DNA from: Leptolyngbyaceae cyanobacterium
Lineage (GTDB): Bacteria; Cyanobacteriota; Cyanobacteriia; Phormidesmidales; Phormidesmidaceae
Assembly (NCBI GenBank): GCA_050331235.1
Contig: JBHJHA010000076.1
Coordinates: 1-44,987 of the forward strand
Length of the DNA: 44,987 bases
Direction of reading: 5' to 3'
The translations under genes were made by a program, and so were the position numbers. Under the pieces are notes generated by a model. That model made no database searches. It saw nothing but the letters and a program-made list of their open reading frames with translations, and was not told where the DNA came from. This document shows positions 32,788-42,386 of this stretch, in pieces; the first letter of the stretch is position 1, and each line of letters begins with the position of its first letter.

Positions 32788-33999
32788 TTATCCGGATTTT
32801 GCTGCTGTGGTCTGCCGTAAACTCAATGCAAACCAAGCAACTCCAAGGGTCAAAATGCCGGTAATCCAAAATGGAAATAAATAGCCAAAGCTCACCAATA
32901 GGCCGGCGGTGGCTGGGCCGATCGCATTAGATAGGCTCAAGAACGATGCATTCGTGCCCAAAACTTGTCCCTGCTCCTGATCGCCGCTCCGCAACGACAA
33001 AATCGACTCAATCAGCGGCAAGGGAAAGGAATTGACCGCAGCAAACAACACGGTGATCGCGATGAAAGCTTGAATCGTTGGAAAAGTTGGAATCAATAAG
33101 AAACAAATCCCGCGTGCTGCCAACATAAACGCCAAGATGTAGACGATATTAAACCGCTTTTCCAGAGGTTCTAGCCCAAACACTTGGGTGACAAAGCCGA
33201 TGATGCCGACCACAGCAAAAATCAGCGCCAGACTTCCCGCCGACTGCTCCAAAACGTTGATGAAGAAGGGCTGAAACGCAAAGGTGAAAATGGTGAAGGT
33301 AAAGCCGCTGAGAAACGTCAGCAAAAATGTGCGACCAAACTGTGGATCCTGAATAGATTGTAAAATCCGGCCAAATTTGAAATCAGACCACTGGAGCTCA
33401 AATTTCTCACACTCTTCGTGGGTTTCCGGTACGCAAATTGCGCAGAGAATGGTTGCTATTAAGGCAATGCCCGCCGACACGATGAAGCTCATGCCGAGAG
33501 ACGAGCCCCCTGGCAGGGTCGGCAACTGCTGGGCCAAATAGCTGAGCGGAGGGCCGGCCACAAACCCCAATCGAAAAGTGGCCCCAAAGATGCCAAAGGC
33601 CCGGGTGCGCTGTTCAGGATTGGTCGTGTCGCTGATAATGGCTTGGGCAATGGAGTTGTTGCCCCCGGTCAAACCATCTAGCACCCGAGCAATAAATAGA
33701 AACCAAGCAAATGGGGCCAAACTAGCCATCACATTGGCTGCAACGGTGCCGAGCAAACTAAGAATCAGCAACGGTTTGCGCCCCAAGCGATCAGACAGCC
33801 GCCCCAAAATAGGAGTACCTAGAAACTGTGAGGCCGCATAGGCGGTGGTCAGCAAACTTGCTTGAAAATCGCTTAGGCCAAACTGCTTGGCATAGGGATA
33901 TAGAACCGGAATGATGATGGTGAAGCTAACTGCGTTGATAAACGCTACCAGCGTAATAATCCAAAATCGCCACGGTAAGCGATTCTTTTGGTCAGCCAT
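32788..33999 (-). CDS. MFS transporter, TetA/DHA1-like
   Basis: Motif A GRLSDRLGRKP, ARVLDGLTGG and GFVAGP; about 12 hydrophobic segments. Confidence 0.92.
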   Translation of the reverse strand: MADQKNRLPWRFWIITLVAFINAVSFTIIIPVLYPYAKQFGLSDFQASLLTTAYAASQFLGTPILGRLSDRLGRKPLLILSLLGTVAANVMASLAPFAWFLFIARVLDGLTGGNNSIAQAIISDTTNPEQRTRAFGIFGATFRLGFVAGPPLSYLAQQLPTLPGGSSLGMSFIVSAGIALIATILCAICVPETHEECEKFELQWSDFKFGRILQSIQDPQFGRTFLLTFLSGFTFTIFTFAFQPFFINVLEQSAGSLALIFAVVGIIGFVTQVFGLEPLEKRFNIVYILAFMLAARGICFLLIPTFPTIQAFIAITVLFAAVNSFPLPLIESILSLRSGDQEQGQVLGTNASFLSLSNAIGPATAGLLVSFGYLFPFWITGILTLGVAWFALSLRQTTAAKSG

Positions 34000-34219
34000 A
34001 CTCTTTCTGCAACAACGCCCGCTTCATCATGACCGAATTCGAGTAATAACGGGTTAAATCAGACCATTTCCTATGTTCGAGCGATCGCGCAACTTCAGTT
34101 GAATATTCTCCATTGCCCCCAGCTTGAATATTCATATCTCATAACGTAGGCATAATCTCCATCTTCTATTTTGTTAATTAGAAACGCGTCTTTGCTACTT
34201 ATCGAGTTGTCTGGCGTTT

Positions 34220-35542
34220 ATGCCCGATCTGTCTTCCATCCAGCCCGATGCGACGCTAGCTGAGCTGCCACTGTTCGACGTCCGGGTCCAGTCAACGGAG
34301 CGTGGCGTTCGCGTTGCTGAGCAGTTTGAGCAGAATCCTGATCTACCGGGGGTGTTGGTATTTGACGACTGGGTGTTGATGGGGCTGATCTCCCGGCGAC
34401 GTTTTCACGAGCAGGTGAGTTCTCCCTATGGGCGCGAGATTTTCTTCACCCGACCCATTCGTATTTTTCTAGAGATTATTAATAAAAAAGGTCAGGCCAG
34501 CTTCTTAATTTTGCCAGCGAATAAGAGAATCGATGCCGCTGTCAGCATAGGATTACAGCGGCCGATGGAGGCCATTTACGATCCGCTTGTGGTGCTGTTT
34601 GAGGCTCCTATCGGTAGCCCACAAGCGTTGGCTACCCATCGCTTGCTGGGTTTTCAAACGTTGCTGCTAGCGCAGTCTGAGATTTTAAGAAAGGTCAATC
34701 AAAAGACGGAAGACCAGTGGCAACAAACGCGTAACTATATGCGCAAACTTGATGAAGAACGGACGCGAGTCAAGCAATCTGTCAAGCTGCTGGAAGAGCA
34801 AGAGGCCCTAGCCCGTGAGCGCAACGCGGTGTTAGAAGAGCAGCAAATTGAGCTGGTCAATAAGAATGAAGAGATTGCCCAACTCAACCAGCAATTTGTG
34901 CAGATTAGCCAAATCATCTCGACCGATGGCCGCAATGCTTTTGAGGCGACTTTTATGGGAGTTGACGGCATCTGTCGCAGTACAACCGAAATCGTCCAGG
35001 TCGGTCGCGCGCTTCAAACCGAGCTTGATTTTGTTCAAAAAGCCTCGGATATGGTCGCGAGAGTCAGTTATCAGGTGCGTCATCTCGCAACTAAGGCTGC
35101 GATCGTGGCCAACCATGCTGGTAGTGAGCTCAGCGGATTTAGTCAAATTACGGAAGAGATTGGCAAGCTGGTGGGTGAGACGGCCGAAGCTGGTCAGCAG
35201 TTGCAACGGGTGGGACAGCGCTTTCACGAGCGTATCCAGGAGTTTACTGATGCAGCGCGATCAAGTATGTCGGTCGCTAGGGCGCTCACGACTGAAATCA
35301 ATCGGGCTCAGGAGGCCATCATAGACTTGGAAGCCGTTCTCAAGGACTGTGACGTTCCTACTTCGGGATTTCGAGAGGCTGATCCGCCGCAGGCACATTC
35401 AAGCGAAGCCCAAGCCCTGCTAGACGTGTTGAACCAGACAGAATCCATTCTCAATCGGATTGATCAGCAAAGCCAAGATGCCAAGACAGCAGCGATCGTG
35501 AGTAAAATTCGTCGCCGATTACAGTCCCAGCGGCCGGTTTAG
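34220..35542 (+). CDS. Soluble protein: CBS-like N-terminal domain, coiled coil and degenerate MCP signalling domain
   Basis: FEQNPDLPGVLV..GLISRRRF CBS-like segment and a Q/E-rich coiled coil. QVRHLATKAAIVANHAGSELSGFSQITEEIGKL aligns by eye with the MCP tip [33 protein letters not shown]. Confidence 0.75.
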   Translation: MPDLSSIQPDATLAELPLFDVRVQSTERGVRVAEQFEQNPDLPGVLVFDDWVLMGLISRRRFHEQVSSPYGREIFFTRPIRIFLEIINKKGQASFLILPANKRIDAAVSIGLQRPMEAIYDPLVVLFEAPIGSPQALATHRLLGFQTLLLAQSEILRKVNQKTEDQWQQTRNYMRKLDEERTRVKQSVKLLEEQEALARERNAVLEEQQIELVNKNEEIAQLNQQFVQISQIISTDGRNAFEATFMGVDGICRSTTEIVQVGRALQTELDFVQKASDMVARVSYQVRHLATKAAIVANHAGSELSGFSQITEEIGKLVGETAEAGQQLQRVGQRFHERIQEFTDAARSSMSVARALTTEINRAQEAIIDLEAVLKDCDVPTSGFREADPPQAHSSEAQALLDVLNQTESILNRIDQQSQDAKTAAIVSKIRRRLQSQRPV

Positions 35543-35627
35543 GCATTTAAGGGTAGGGTGGATGTAACGTGACTCAGCTCTCAGATATTCTTCATAGCTA
35601 TGCTTATATCCTCGTGTTCTGACTGTG

Positions 35628-36422
35628 TCAGGGGATATCGTTGCTATCTCGATGCTTGATTCGCGCTGCCGTACGTAAAATCTGCCCAGCTAATATCGCT
35701 GCGCCGAAGCCGTTGTCGATATTCATCACGCCGATACCGGTAGCGCAGGAGTTGAGCATGGTAAGCAGCGCCGACAGGCCGCCAAAATTAGCCCCATAGC
35801 CGACGCTGGTGGGAACGGCCACAATTGGGCTATCGGAGAAACCCGCCACCACGCTGGGTAAGGCCCCTTCCATGCCGGCAACAACAATCAGCACATCGGC
35901 TTGGGCGACCACCTCACGATGTCGCAGCAGTCGATGGATGCCTGCTACGCCCACATCCCACAGCCGTAGAACCTCAAAGCCAGACAGCTCGGCGGTGATG
36001 GCGGCTTCTTCGGCGACGGGTAGATCAGCGGTCCCGGCGGTTAAAATGCCCATTACGCCAGGATGCTGGGGACGCAAATTCATGGGTATCAAGGCACAGA
36101 TGCGGGCCGCCTCAAAATACATCGCTTCGGGGAGCGCCACCCGAATTTGCTGCGCTACTGCCGGTTCGATGCGGGTTGCCATGACCACGGGGGTCCGATC
36201 GCGCATGGCCCGCATGATATCGACAATCTGGGTGACGGTTTTGCCCGGTCCCCAAATCACTTCTGGAAAGCCAGTTCGCAATGAGCGGTGGTGATCGACT
36301 TTAGCAAACTCACCGACCGGTTCAAAGTCTAAATATTTCAGTTTTTCAAAGGCGGCGGCGGGGCTCACCTGCCCTTGAGCGATCGCCTCTAGCAACTGCT
36401 GCAAAGCTTCTGGCTGTGTCAC
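35628..36422 (-). CDS. larB: Nickel-pincer cofactor carboxylase LarB / circadian phase modifier CpmA (PurE-like fold)
   Basis: DHHRSLRTGFPEVIWGPGKT, AGTADLPVAEEA, DVGVAGIHRL, VAGMEGALPSVV, PTSVGYGA and IDNGFGAA motifs. Confidence 0.92.
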   Translation of the reverse strand: MTQPEALQQLLEAIAQGQVSPAAAFEKLKYLDFEPVGEFAKVDHHRSLRTGFPEVIWGPGKTVTQIVDIMRAMRDRTPVVMATRIEPAVAQQIRVALPEAMYFEAARICALIPMNLRPQHPGVMGILTAGTADLPVAEEAAITAELSGFEVLRLWDVGVAGIHRLLRHREVVAQADVLIVVAGMEGALPSVVAGFSDSPIVAVPTSVGYGANFGGLSALLTMLNSCATGIGVMNIDNGFGAAILAGQILRTAARIKHRDSNDIP

Positions 36423-36545
36423 TCAATGTCCCTAACTGCAACGCTTCTAGCGTATCGCAAGGGGAGTGGATAGGTAGCCGGATGGCTGAGTGATTGTGTG
36501 GATGGAGTGAGTTTTAAATTGCTCCACGCTGCCGCCCTCACCCCG

Positions 36546-37625
36546 TCAGATCCGGCCACCCGCTTGCCCGTTCAACCGCTCTTGTCGCCGTTGGTGCCGT
36601 TCATCCATCGTTTGCTTATGAAGATAAGCGATGTAAACTCCTGCCACGATGGATGCGAGATAAATCAATACACCGACCCAGTGGGTGATACCGGCGATGA
36701 GTTCGGCCTTACTCAGGCAATCCCACCAATTAAAGAGTTGCCACCAGTCGTGGGCATTGATGTTGGGGGTGGTCAGTGGTAAGACCCGATAAGGGGCATC
36801 AGCCATGTAAACGGCAACATCCATAAAATTTTGCCCTGTCCAAAATAGGGTCAGCGCGCTGGAAAAGTATTGTTGGCTGTAAAAGAAATAGCCTGTAAAG
36901 ACAGCCGGAAAGGCAATTTGGGTCAGGGATCCCCCCAAAACCATTAAGAAATGACCGAATGGCATAAACAACAGGTGTCCGGTTTCATGAATTGCCAAGT
37001 TGGGATAATGCAGCCAGATAAATGGTCCGTCATAGCTGGGATTGCGTGCTCCAAGCAAGCCATAAATGGCGATGAAAGCGATAGTAGCCAGCATCGTCGG
37101 TTCAAAGTCCGACCATTTGAGCACGAAGGGTTTGAATGAGCGGACTTGATTATGTCGGAAATCAGAGGACGATCGCTGATGAACCGATGCAGATGATTGT
37201 TGCTTAGAAGCGGCAGAGGTGGGATAGGGTCGGGAATGCCGGGTGGTGTCAGCGGCTTGGCTGACAATAGGCGGCGATCGCAGCGCTGCTGTCTCCGCGG
37301 CAGCCGTAACTCTGAGAAAAAAGTGCTGCTCCCAAGCGGGGGTCGTTTCACCCAGAGCGAAGCCCTGTAAAGTAACTGCCTGAATCCCTCGGGGCCGTAG
37401 TTGCTCCAGACCCGTCCGAATCCGCCTTATCAGCGGGGCAGCTTGGGGAACTTCCGGGGCCTCCAGCGCAATGAAAAGGTGCTGATCTGCGGACTCTACC
37501 CGTGCCCAAACTCCTTGTGATTGTAATGAGAGATTGAGCAGCTCAGCGATCGCGATCGCCTTTCCCTGCTGTGCTTGAGCCAACAATTTTGGGTCAGTCA
37601 CGGTTGCCTCTAAACCAGTCGCCAA
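36546..37625 (-). CDS. Membrane protein with HExxH motif (M50B-like peptidase candidate) and a cyanobacterial N-terminal domain
   Basis: LAIHETGHLLF...GGSLTQ and a downstream HDW motif among TM helices; soluble N-terminus AQQG...AIAELLN.SLQ. TTG start uncertain. Confidence 0.7.
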   Translation of the reverse strand: MATGLEATVTDPKLLAQAQQGKAIAIAELLNLSLQSQGVWARVESADQHLFIALEAPEVPQAAPLIRRIRTGLEQLRPRGIQAVTLQGFALGETTPAWEQHFFLRVTAAAETAALRSPPIVSQAADTTRHSRPYPTSAASKQQSSASVHQRSSSDFRHNQVRSFKPFVLKWSDFEPTMLATIAFIAIYGLLGARNPSYDGPFIWLHYPNLAIHETGHLLFMPFGHFLMVLGGSLTQIAFPAVFTGYFFYSQQYFSSALTLFWTGQNFMDVAVYMADAPYRVLPLTTPNINAHDWWQLFNWWDCLSKAELIAGITHWVGVLIYLASIVAGVYIAYLHKQTMDERHQRRQERLNGQAGGRI

Positions 37626-37690
37626 AGTTAACTTCAGCTTTCCCAGGGACGTATGATTGCTTGACTTGAGCGCTGCCCAGACAGTATTGC

Positions 37691-39547
37691 TTAAATCAGA
37701 TCGGCGTTGTCTTCTAAGGTTTTTAGATCCATATCAGGGGGCGAGGCTTTGTCCAACTGGTCGTCTGCTGCTGTCGTGGCAGGTGCAATCGACGCTGAGG
37801 TATCTGGCAGGTTGGTTTTTTCAACCTCCCCGTCGGCAGGCAAATCTATGGCGTCAGTGGTGACGGGGGGCTCAGCGGTCTGGGTCTCTGCCGGAAAGTT
37901 AGAATCTCGAGACTGCATCAGGGGTGAGTCTTCCGTCAGATCGTCTGCGGGAAGGCCATCCAAGTTGCTTTTGGGACGATCAGCAGTCGTCGAATCCGTT
38001 GGGCCATTGGGGTCGGGTGCTGGCTCGAGAATGATCGATTCTGGAGTGTCGGCTACGGGCGGCATCGCTTGCTCGTCTGTCGTGGGGGTTGCCTGATCAA
38101 TCTCAGCGTCAGTATTTGCTGAGGGAGCCTTTAGCCCGGACATGTCGGGGTCGGTTTTATTGATCTTCTCCTCGATTGGAACTGCCGGGCGATCGCTCTC
38201 TAGGTTGTCAGGTGACTGCTCCGTAGCCGATTCCGATGCTGCCGAGGCAGTGGGTGCTTTTTTTGTCGTACTGTCGTCTGCCGTATCTGCTGATGGGGCA
38301 AGTTTTATCGCATCACTTTCAGCGTCTGGAGATGCTGCAGTGGGGGAAGTGTCCACCGCAGCCGGTGCGGTTTCTACCTCAGGGCTAGACTCAGGCGCGG
38401 GTGGAGTTTCCGTCTCTATGTCAACTGCTGGCTCGATGGCCGCTTCTGGTTCAGCGGGTGTAATGGATTCAGCGGGAGCAGTAGACTTGGCCGGCGACAT
38501 CCCTCCATCCTCGACAATTTCTGGCAAGGTGTCCTCGGGTTTCATCGCTTCCGGCTCATTTGCCGAGGGCGTTGGGGCGGGGGCTGCTGCGGCAGGTTCT
38601 TCCGGGGCGCGGTGGGGTGGCTCATAGTCAGGGTCGATCAGCACTTTGGCTTGCTCTAAGGGGATGTCACCGCGCACTAGCTGCGACAAACCATCTTCGC
38701 CGGCGGGTTGATAGTCAATGACTCGAATACTGGTATTGAGGGCATTGTCGATGAGGTTGCCGTTCTCATCGATGAGCTCGAGCTTGATCCAATTTTTGCC
38801 CGGTTGAAAACCTTCGAGGTAGATTGGCTGCCATTGATCAAAGACAAAAGATTCACCATTGATCGTGCAACGAATTTTCCAATCGGTGACTGTTTCGTCC
38901 GTTTGGGCAACAAGATGAAGGGGGGTATTGGCCAGATAAAAGTCGAGCAGAATCGGCTCGGCGCCATAGCTGCCCTGGGGCTGGTTATAGCTCAGCAACG
39001 GCAGGCTACTGTCGGGGTTGTTTTCCGGCGAAGCAGCGAAAACGTCGAAGGTCACTTGATCGTATGCCCCTGCGTTTTTAAAGCTTTCGCCCCAGGGGCG
39101 GACCGCAATCAACCGCAAAGTATGGGTACCTGGAGACAAGCGATCAAGTGTGATGGCGGCATCCGTATCGTAAATTGCTTGGTGGGGCTGATTGTCCAAA
39201 AACAAATGTAAGTGTGGTCCTAACCCCCAGGTTTGATCCTTATATATAGGAAAATCCCTGACTTGTACCTCAACCGATACGGTGTCGCTCAGAACGGTGT
39301 CGTCCGCTCGAGGGAAAGCAATGCGAACCTGAGGCTCGTACACATCGAGATACGGCTTGAGCTGCTGCAGGCGCTTAGGCGGTGAAACTTCGGCCATGGC
39401 TCCCACCAAAGGGTTTTGAGAAACTTGACTGGTCTCTTCATTGGTGAGCAAGACAACGGGCAGATCTTCATTATTGCGGCAGCTTGCCATGCCCAATGTC
39501 AGCATGACTAATAATAGTGCGATCGCGCGTCGCCAAGTTGCCTTCAT
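37691..39547 (-). CDS. Putative lipoprotein with two similar beta-rich domains and a long acidic Pro/Ala/Thr-rich tail
   Basis: MKATWRR + hydrophobic stretch + GMASC lipobox from ATG 39547; LGPHLHLFLDN, PGTHTLR and RPWGESFKN motifs; about 280-aa low-complexity C-terminus. Confidence 0.75.
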   Translation of the reverse strand: MKATWRRAIALLLVMLTLGMASCRNNEDLPVVLLTNEETSQVSQNPLVGAMAEVSPPKRLQQLKPYLDVYEPQVRIAFPRADDTVLSDTVSVEVQVRDFPIYKDQTWGLGPHLHLFLDNQPHQAIYDTDAAITLDRLSPGTHTLRLIAVRPWGESFKNAGAYDQVTFDVFAASPENNPDSSLPLLSYNQPQGSYGAEPILLDFYLANTPLHLVAQTDETVTDWKIRCTINGESFVFDQWQPIYLEGFQPGKNWIKLELIDENGNLIDNALNTSIRVIDYQPAGEDGLSQLVRGDIPLEQAKVLIDPDYEPPHRAPEEPAAAAPAPTPSANEPEAMKPEDTLPEIVEDGGMSPAKSTAPAESITPAEPEAAIEPAVDIETETPPAPESSPEVETAPAAVDTSPTAASPDAESDAIKLAPSADTADDSTTKKAPTASAASESATEQSPDNLESDRPAVPIEEKINKTDPDMSGLKAPSANTDAEIDQATPTTDEQAMPPVADTPESIILEPAPDPNGPTDSTTADRPKSNLDGLPADDLTEDSPLMQSRDSNFPAETQTAEPPVTTDAIDLPADGEVEKTNLPDTSASIAPATTAADDQLDKASPPDMDLKTLEDNADLI

Positions 39548-39760
39548 TTCCACACTCCATACGTTGGTTGCCCGCTTCAGATTCTCCCCCACCTTGCAAC
39601 AGGAAGAAAGCCCGCTGACTGGAATCACAGGGATTTGATAGCCGGAAAGCTACGTAAATTGAAGATTTCAATCATTGCAATAAGGATTTAAAGAATATAG
39701 CGATCACAAAGTGGGATAGTTACGATTTCAGGGCCTCAAATCAGACACCTTTCTATATTA

Positions 39761-39968
39761 ATTTTTACATTTGTTAATAAAAGTCTACGAAAGCCTCTCA
39801 AAGACCCAGGAAATCGTTGAGGGTTTTAATTGAGAATTGTTAATCATGTGGTTTTTGGGCCAGTTTCTTGATACACCTTGTCCTCTGAAAGCTAATCAGG
39901 GTCAATGTTTCCCTAGGTTGAAATATTGTTAACCTGATCTCAGATCGGTAAAACATGCCGTCTATAAT
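39761..39968 (+). promoter_or_regulatory. psaAB promoter region: TATAAT -10 box with AT-rich HLR1(RpaB)-like elements
   Basis: Perfect TATAAT at 39963-39968; TTTACATT at 39764-39771; TTGTTAA at 39771, 39837 and 39926. PSI promoters are known RpaB/HLR1 targets, but these matches are imperfect. Confidence 0.55.
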
Positions 39969-40096
39969 GCTCAGGAGCAACTGTAATCCGAATCCTCAGA
40001 AATCTAAGGTTTTTTAATCTTTAGGTAATGCTCTGATCATCGGTTTACAGTACCTACAACTTGCTAATGCTCGTTTGTCTAGAGAGGAGAGTCTCC

Positions 40097-42361
40097 ATGA
40101 CAACTACCCCCCGCGAGCGGGAGGCAGACGTGAAGGTGACGGTCGACAAAGATCCTGTTCCTACTTCATTTGAGAAGTGGGCTAAGCCGGGTCACTTTGA
40201 TCGCACTCTTGCGCGAGGTCCCAAAACTACAACTTGGATTTGGAACCTCCATGCCGACGCTCACGATTTTGATAGTCATACCAGTGACTTAGAAGACATT
40301 TCGCGCAAAATTTTTAGTGCGCATTTCGGCCATCTGGCCGTTATTTTCATTTGGCTTAGCGGCATGTACTTCCATGGCGCTAAGTTCTCTAACTATGAAG
40401 CTTGGATGGCGGATCCCCTTGCCATCAAGCCCAGTGCTCAGGTCGTTTGGCCAATCTTTGGACAAGAGATCCTGAATGCTGATGTCGGCGGCGGTTTCCA
40501 GGGGATTCAGATTACCTCTGGTTTCTTCCAGCTCTGGCGAGCTTCTGGCATCACTAACAGCTATCAGCTCTACTGCACTGCGATCGGTGCGTTGGTTATG
40601 GCTGGTTTGATGCTGTTTGCGGGCTGGTTCCATTACCACAAGCGGGCTCCTAAGCTCGAGTGGTTCCAAAACGTGGAATCGATGATGAACCATCACCTCG
40701 CCGGTCTCTTAGGTTTGGGCTGTTTGAGCTGGGCTGGACACCAAATTCATGTGTCTCTGCCCATCAATGCGCTGCTCGATGCCGGTGTCGCCCCGCAGGA
40801 TATTCCCCTGCCCCATGAGTTCATTTTGGATAAAAGCCTGATGGCTGAGCTGTATCCCAGCTTCTCTCAGGGTTTGACTCCGTTCTTTACGTTGAACTGG
40901 TCGGCTTATTCTGATTTCCTCACCTTCAAGGGTGGTTTGAATCCTGTAACGGGTGGCCTTTGGCTGTCCGATACAGCGCATCATCACTTAGCCTTGGCTG
41001 TTCTCTTTATTGTTGCTGGTCATATGTACCGCACCAATTGGGGTATCGGTCACAGCATGAAGGAAATCTTGGATGGCCACCAGGGTGATCCGCTCTTATT
41101 TGGTGGTCGTGGTCATGAAGGCTTGTTCTATAACTTGACCAACTCATGGCATGCTCAACTCGCTGTCAACTTGGCAGTCTTGGGTTCTTTGACCATTATC
41201 GTGGCGCATCACATGTACGCCATGCCGCCCTATCCGTACATTGCGACGGATTATCCTACCCAGCTATCTCTATTCACCCACCATATGTGGATTGGAGGTT
41301 TCTTAGTGGTGGGTGCGGGTGCCCATGCTGCCATCTTTATGGTTCGTGATTACGATCCTGAAGTGAACTTTGACAACGCGTTGGATCGGATGATCCGCTC
41401 TCGCGATGCCATCATTTCTCACTTGAATTGGGTTTGTATCTTCCTCGGCTTCCACAGCTTCGGTTTGTACATTCACAATGACACCATGCGGGCCTTGGGA
41501 CGTCCCCAGGACATGTTCTCTGACTCCGCAATTCAGCTGCAGCCTATTTTTGCTCAGTGGGTGCAAGGTCTGCACACCGCGGCGGTCGGGTCGACAGCCC
41601 CGAATGTTATGGCTAGTGTCAGTCCGGCTTTCGGTGGAGACGTTGTTGCTGTTGGCGGCAAGGTTGCCATGATGCCGATCGCGCTAGGTACAGCGGACTT
41701 TATGGTGCACCACATTCATGCTTTCACCATTCATGTGACGGTATTGATTTTGCTTAAGGGCGTGCTGTACGCTCGCAGTTCTCGACTGATTCCTGATAAG
41801 GGCGAGCTGGGTTTCCGCTTCCCTTGCGACGGTCCGGGTCGGGGTGGCACCTGTCAAGTATCTGGTTGGGACCATGTTTTCCTTGGCCTCTTCTGGATGT
41901 ATAACTCCTTGTCCATTGTGATTTTCCACTTTAGTTGGAAGATGCAGTCGGATGTCTGGGGCACCGTGTCCGATAGTGGTGCGGTATCGCATATCACGGC
42001 AGGTAACTTCGCAACAAGTGCTATTACCATCAATGGCTGGTTGCGTGACTTCCTGTGGGCACAAGCATCTCAGGTAATTGGTTCCTACGGTTCAGCCTTG
42101 TCAGCCTATGGCTTGCTGTTCTTAGGGGCTCACTTTGTTTGGGCGTTCAGCCTGATGTTCTTGTTTAGTGGTCGCGGCTACTGGCAAGAGTTAATTGAGT
42201 CTATTGTCTGGGCTCATAACAAACTGAAAGTTGCTCCGGCAATTCAACCTCGCGCTCTGAGCATCACTCAGGGGCGGGCTGTTGGGGTAGCCCATTACCT
42301 CCTAGGAGGAATTGTCACAACTTGGGCATTCTTCCTGGCTCGAATTATTGCCGTTGGATAG
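40097..42361 (+). CDS. psaA: Photosystem I P700 chlorophyll a apoprotein A1
   Basis: MTTTPRERE start after an [19 protein letters not shown] (FX ligands); [26 protein letters not shown]. Confidence 0.99.
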   Translation: MTTTPREREADVKVTVDKDPVPTSFEKWAKPGHFDRTLARGPKTTTWIWNLHADAHDFDSHTSDLEDISRKIFSAHFGHLAVIFIWLSGMYFHGAKFSNYEAWMADPLAIKPSAQVVWPIFGQEILNADVGGGFQGIQITSGFFQLWRASGITNSYQLYCTAIGALVMAGLMLFAGWFHYHKRAPKLEWFQNVESMMNHHLAGLLGLGCLSWAGHQIHVSLPINALLDAGVAPQDIPLPHEFILDKSLMAELYPSFSQGLTPFFTLNWSAYSDFLTFKGGLNPVTGGLWLSDTAHHHLALAVLFIVAGHMYRTNWGIGHSMKEILDGHQGDPLLFGGRGHEGLFYNLTNSWHAQLAVNLAVLGSLTIIVAHHMYAMPPYPYIATDYPTQLSLFTHHMWIGGFLVVGAGAHAAIFMVRDYDPEVNFDNALDRMIRSRDAIISHLNWVCIFLGFHSFGLYIHNDTMRALGRPQDMFSDSAIQLQPIFAQWVQGLHTAAVGSTAPNVMASVSPAFGGDVVAVGGKVAMMPIALGTADFMVHHIHAFTIHVTVLILLKGVLYARSSRLIPDKGELGFRFPCDGPGRGGTCQVSGWDHVFLGLFWMYNSLSIVIFHFSWKMQSDVWGTVSDSGAVSHITAGNFATSAITINGWLRDFLWAQASQVIGSYGSALSAYGLLFLGAHFVWAFSLMFLFSGRGYWQELIESIVWAHNKLKVAPAIQPRALSITQGRAVGVAHYLLGGIVTTWAFFLARIIAVG

Positions 42362-42386
42362 AGCGCGGAGGACTCATTAACAAGCT

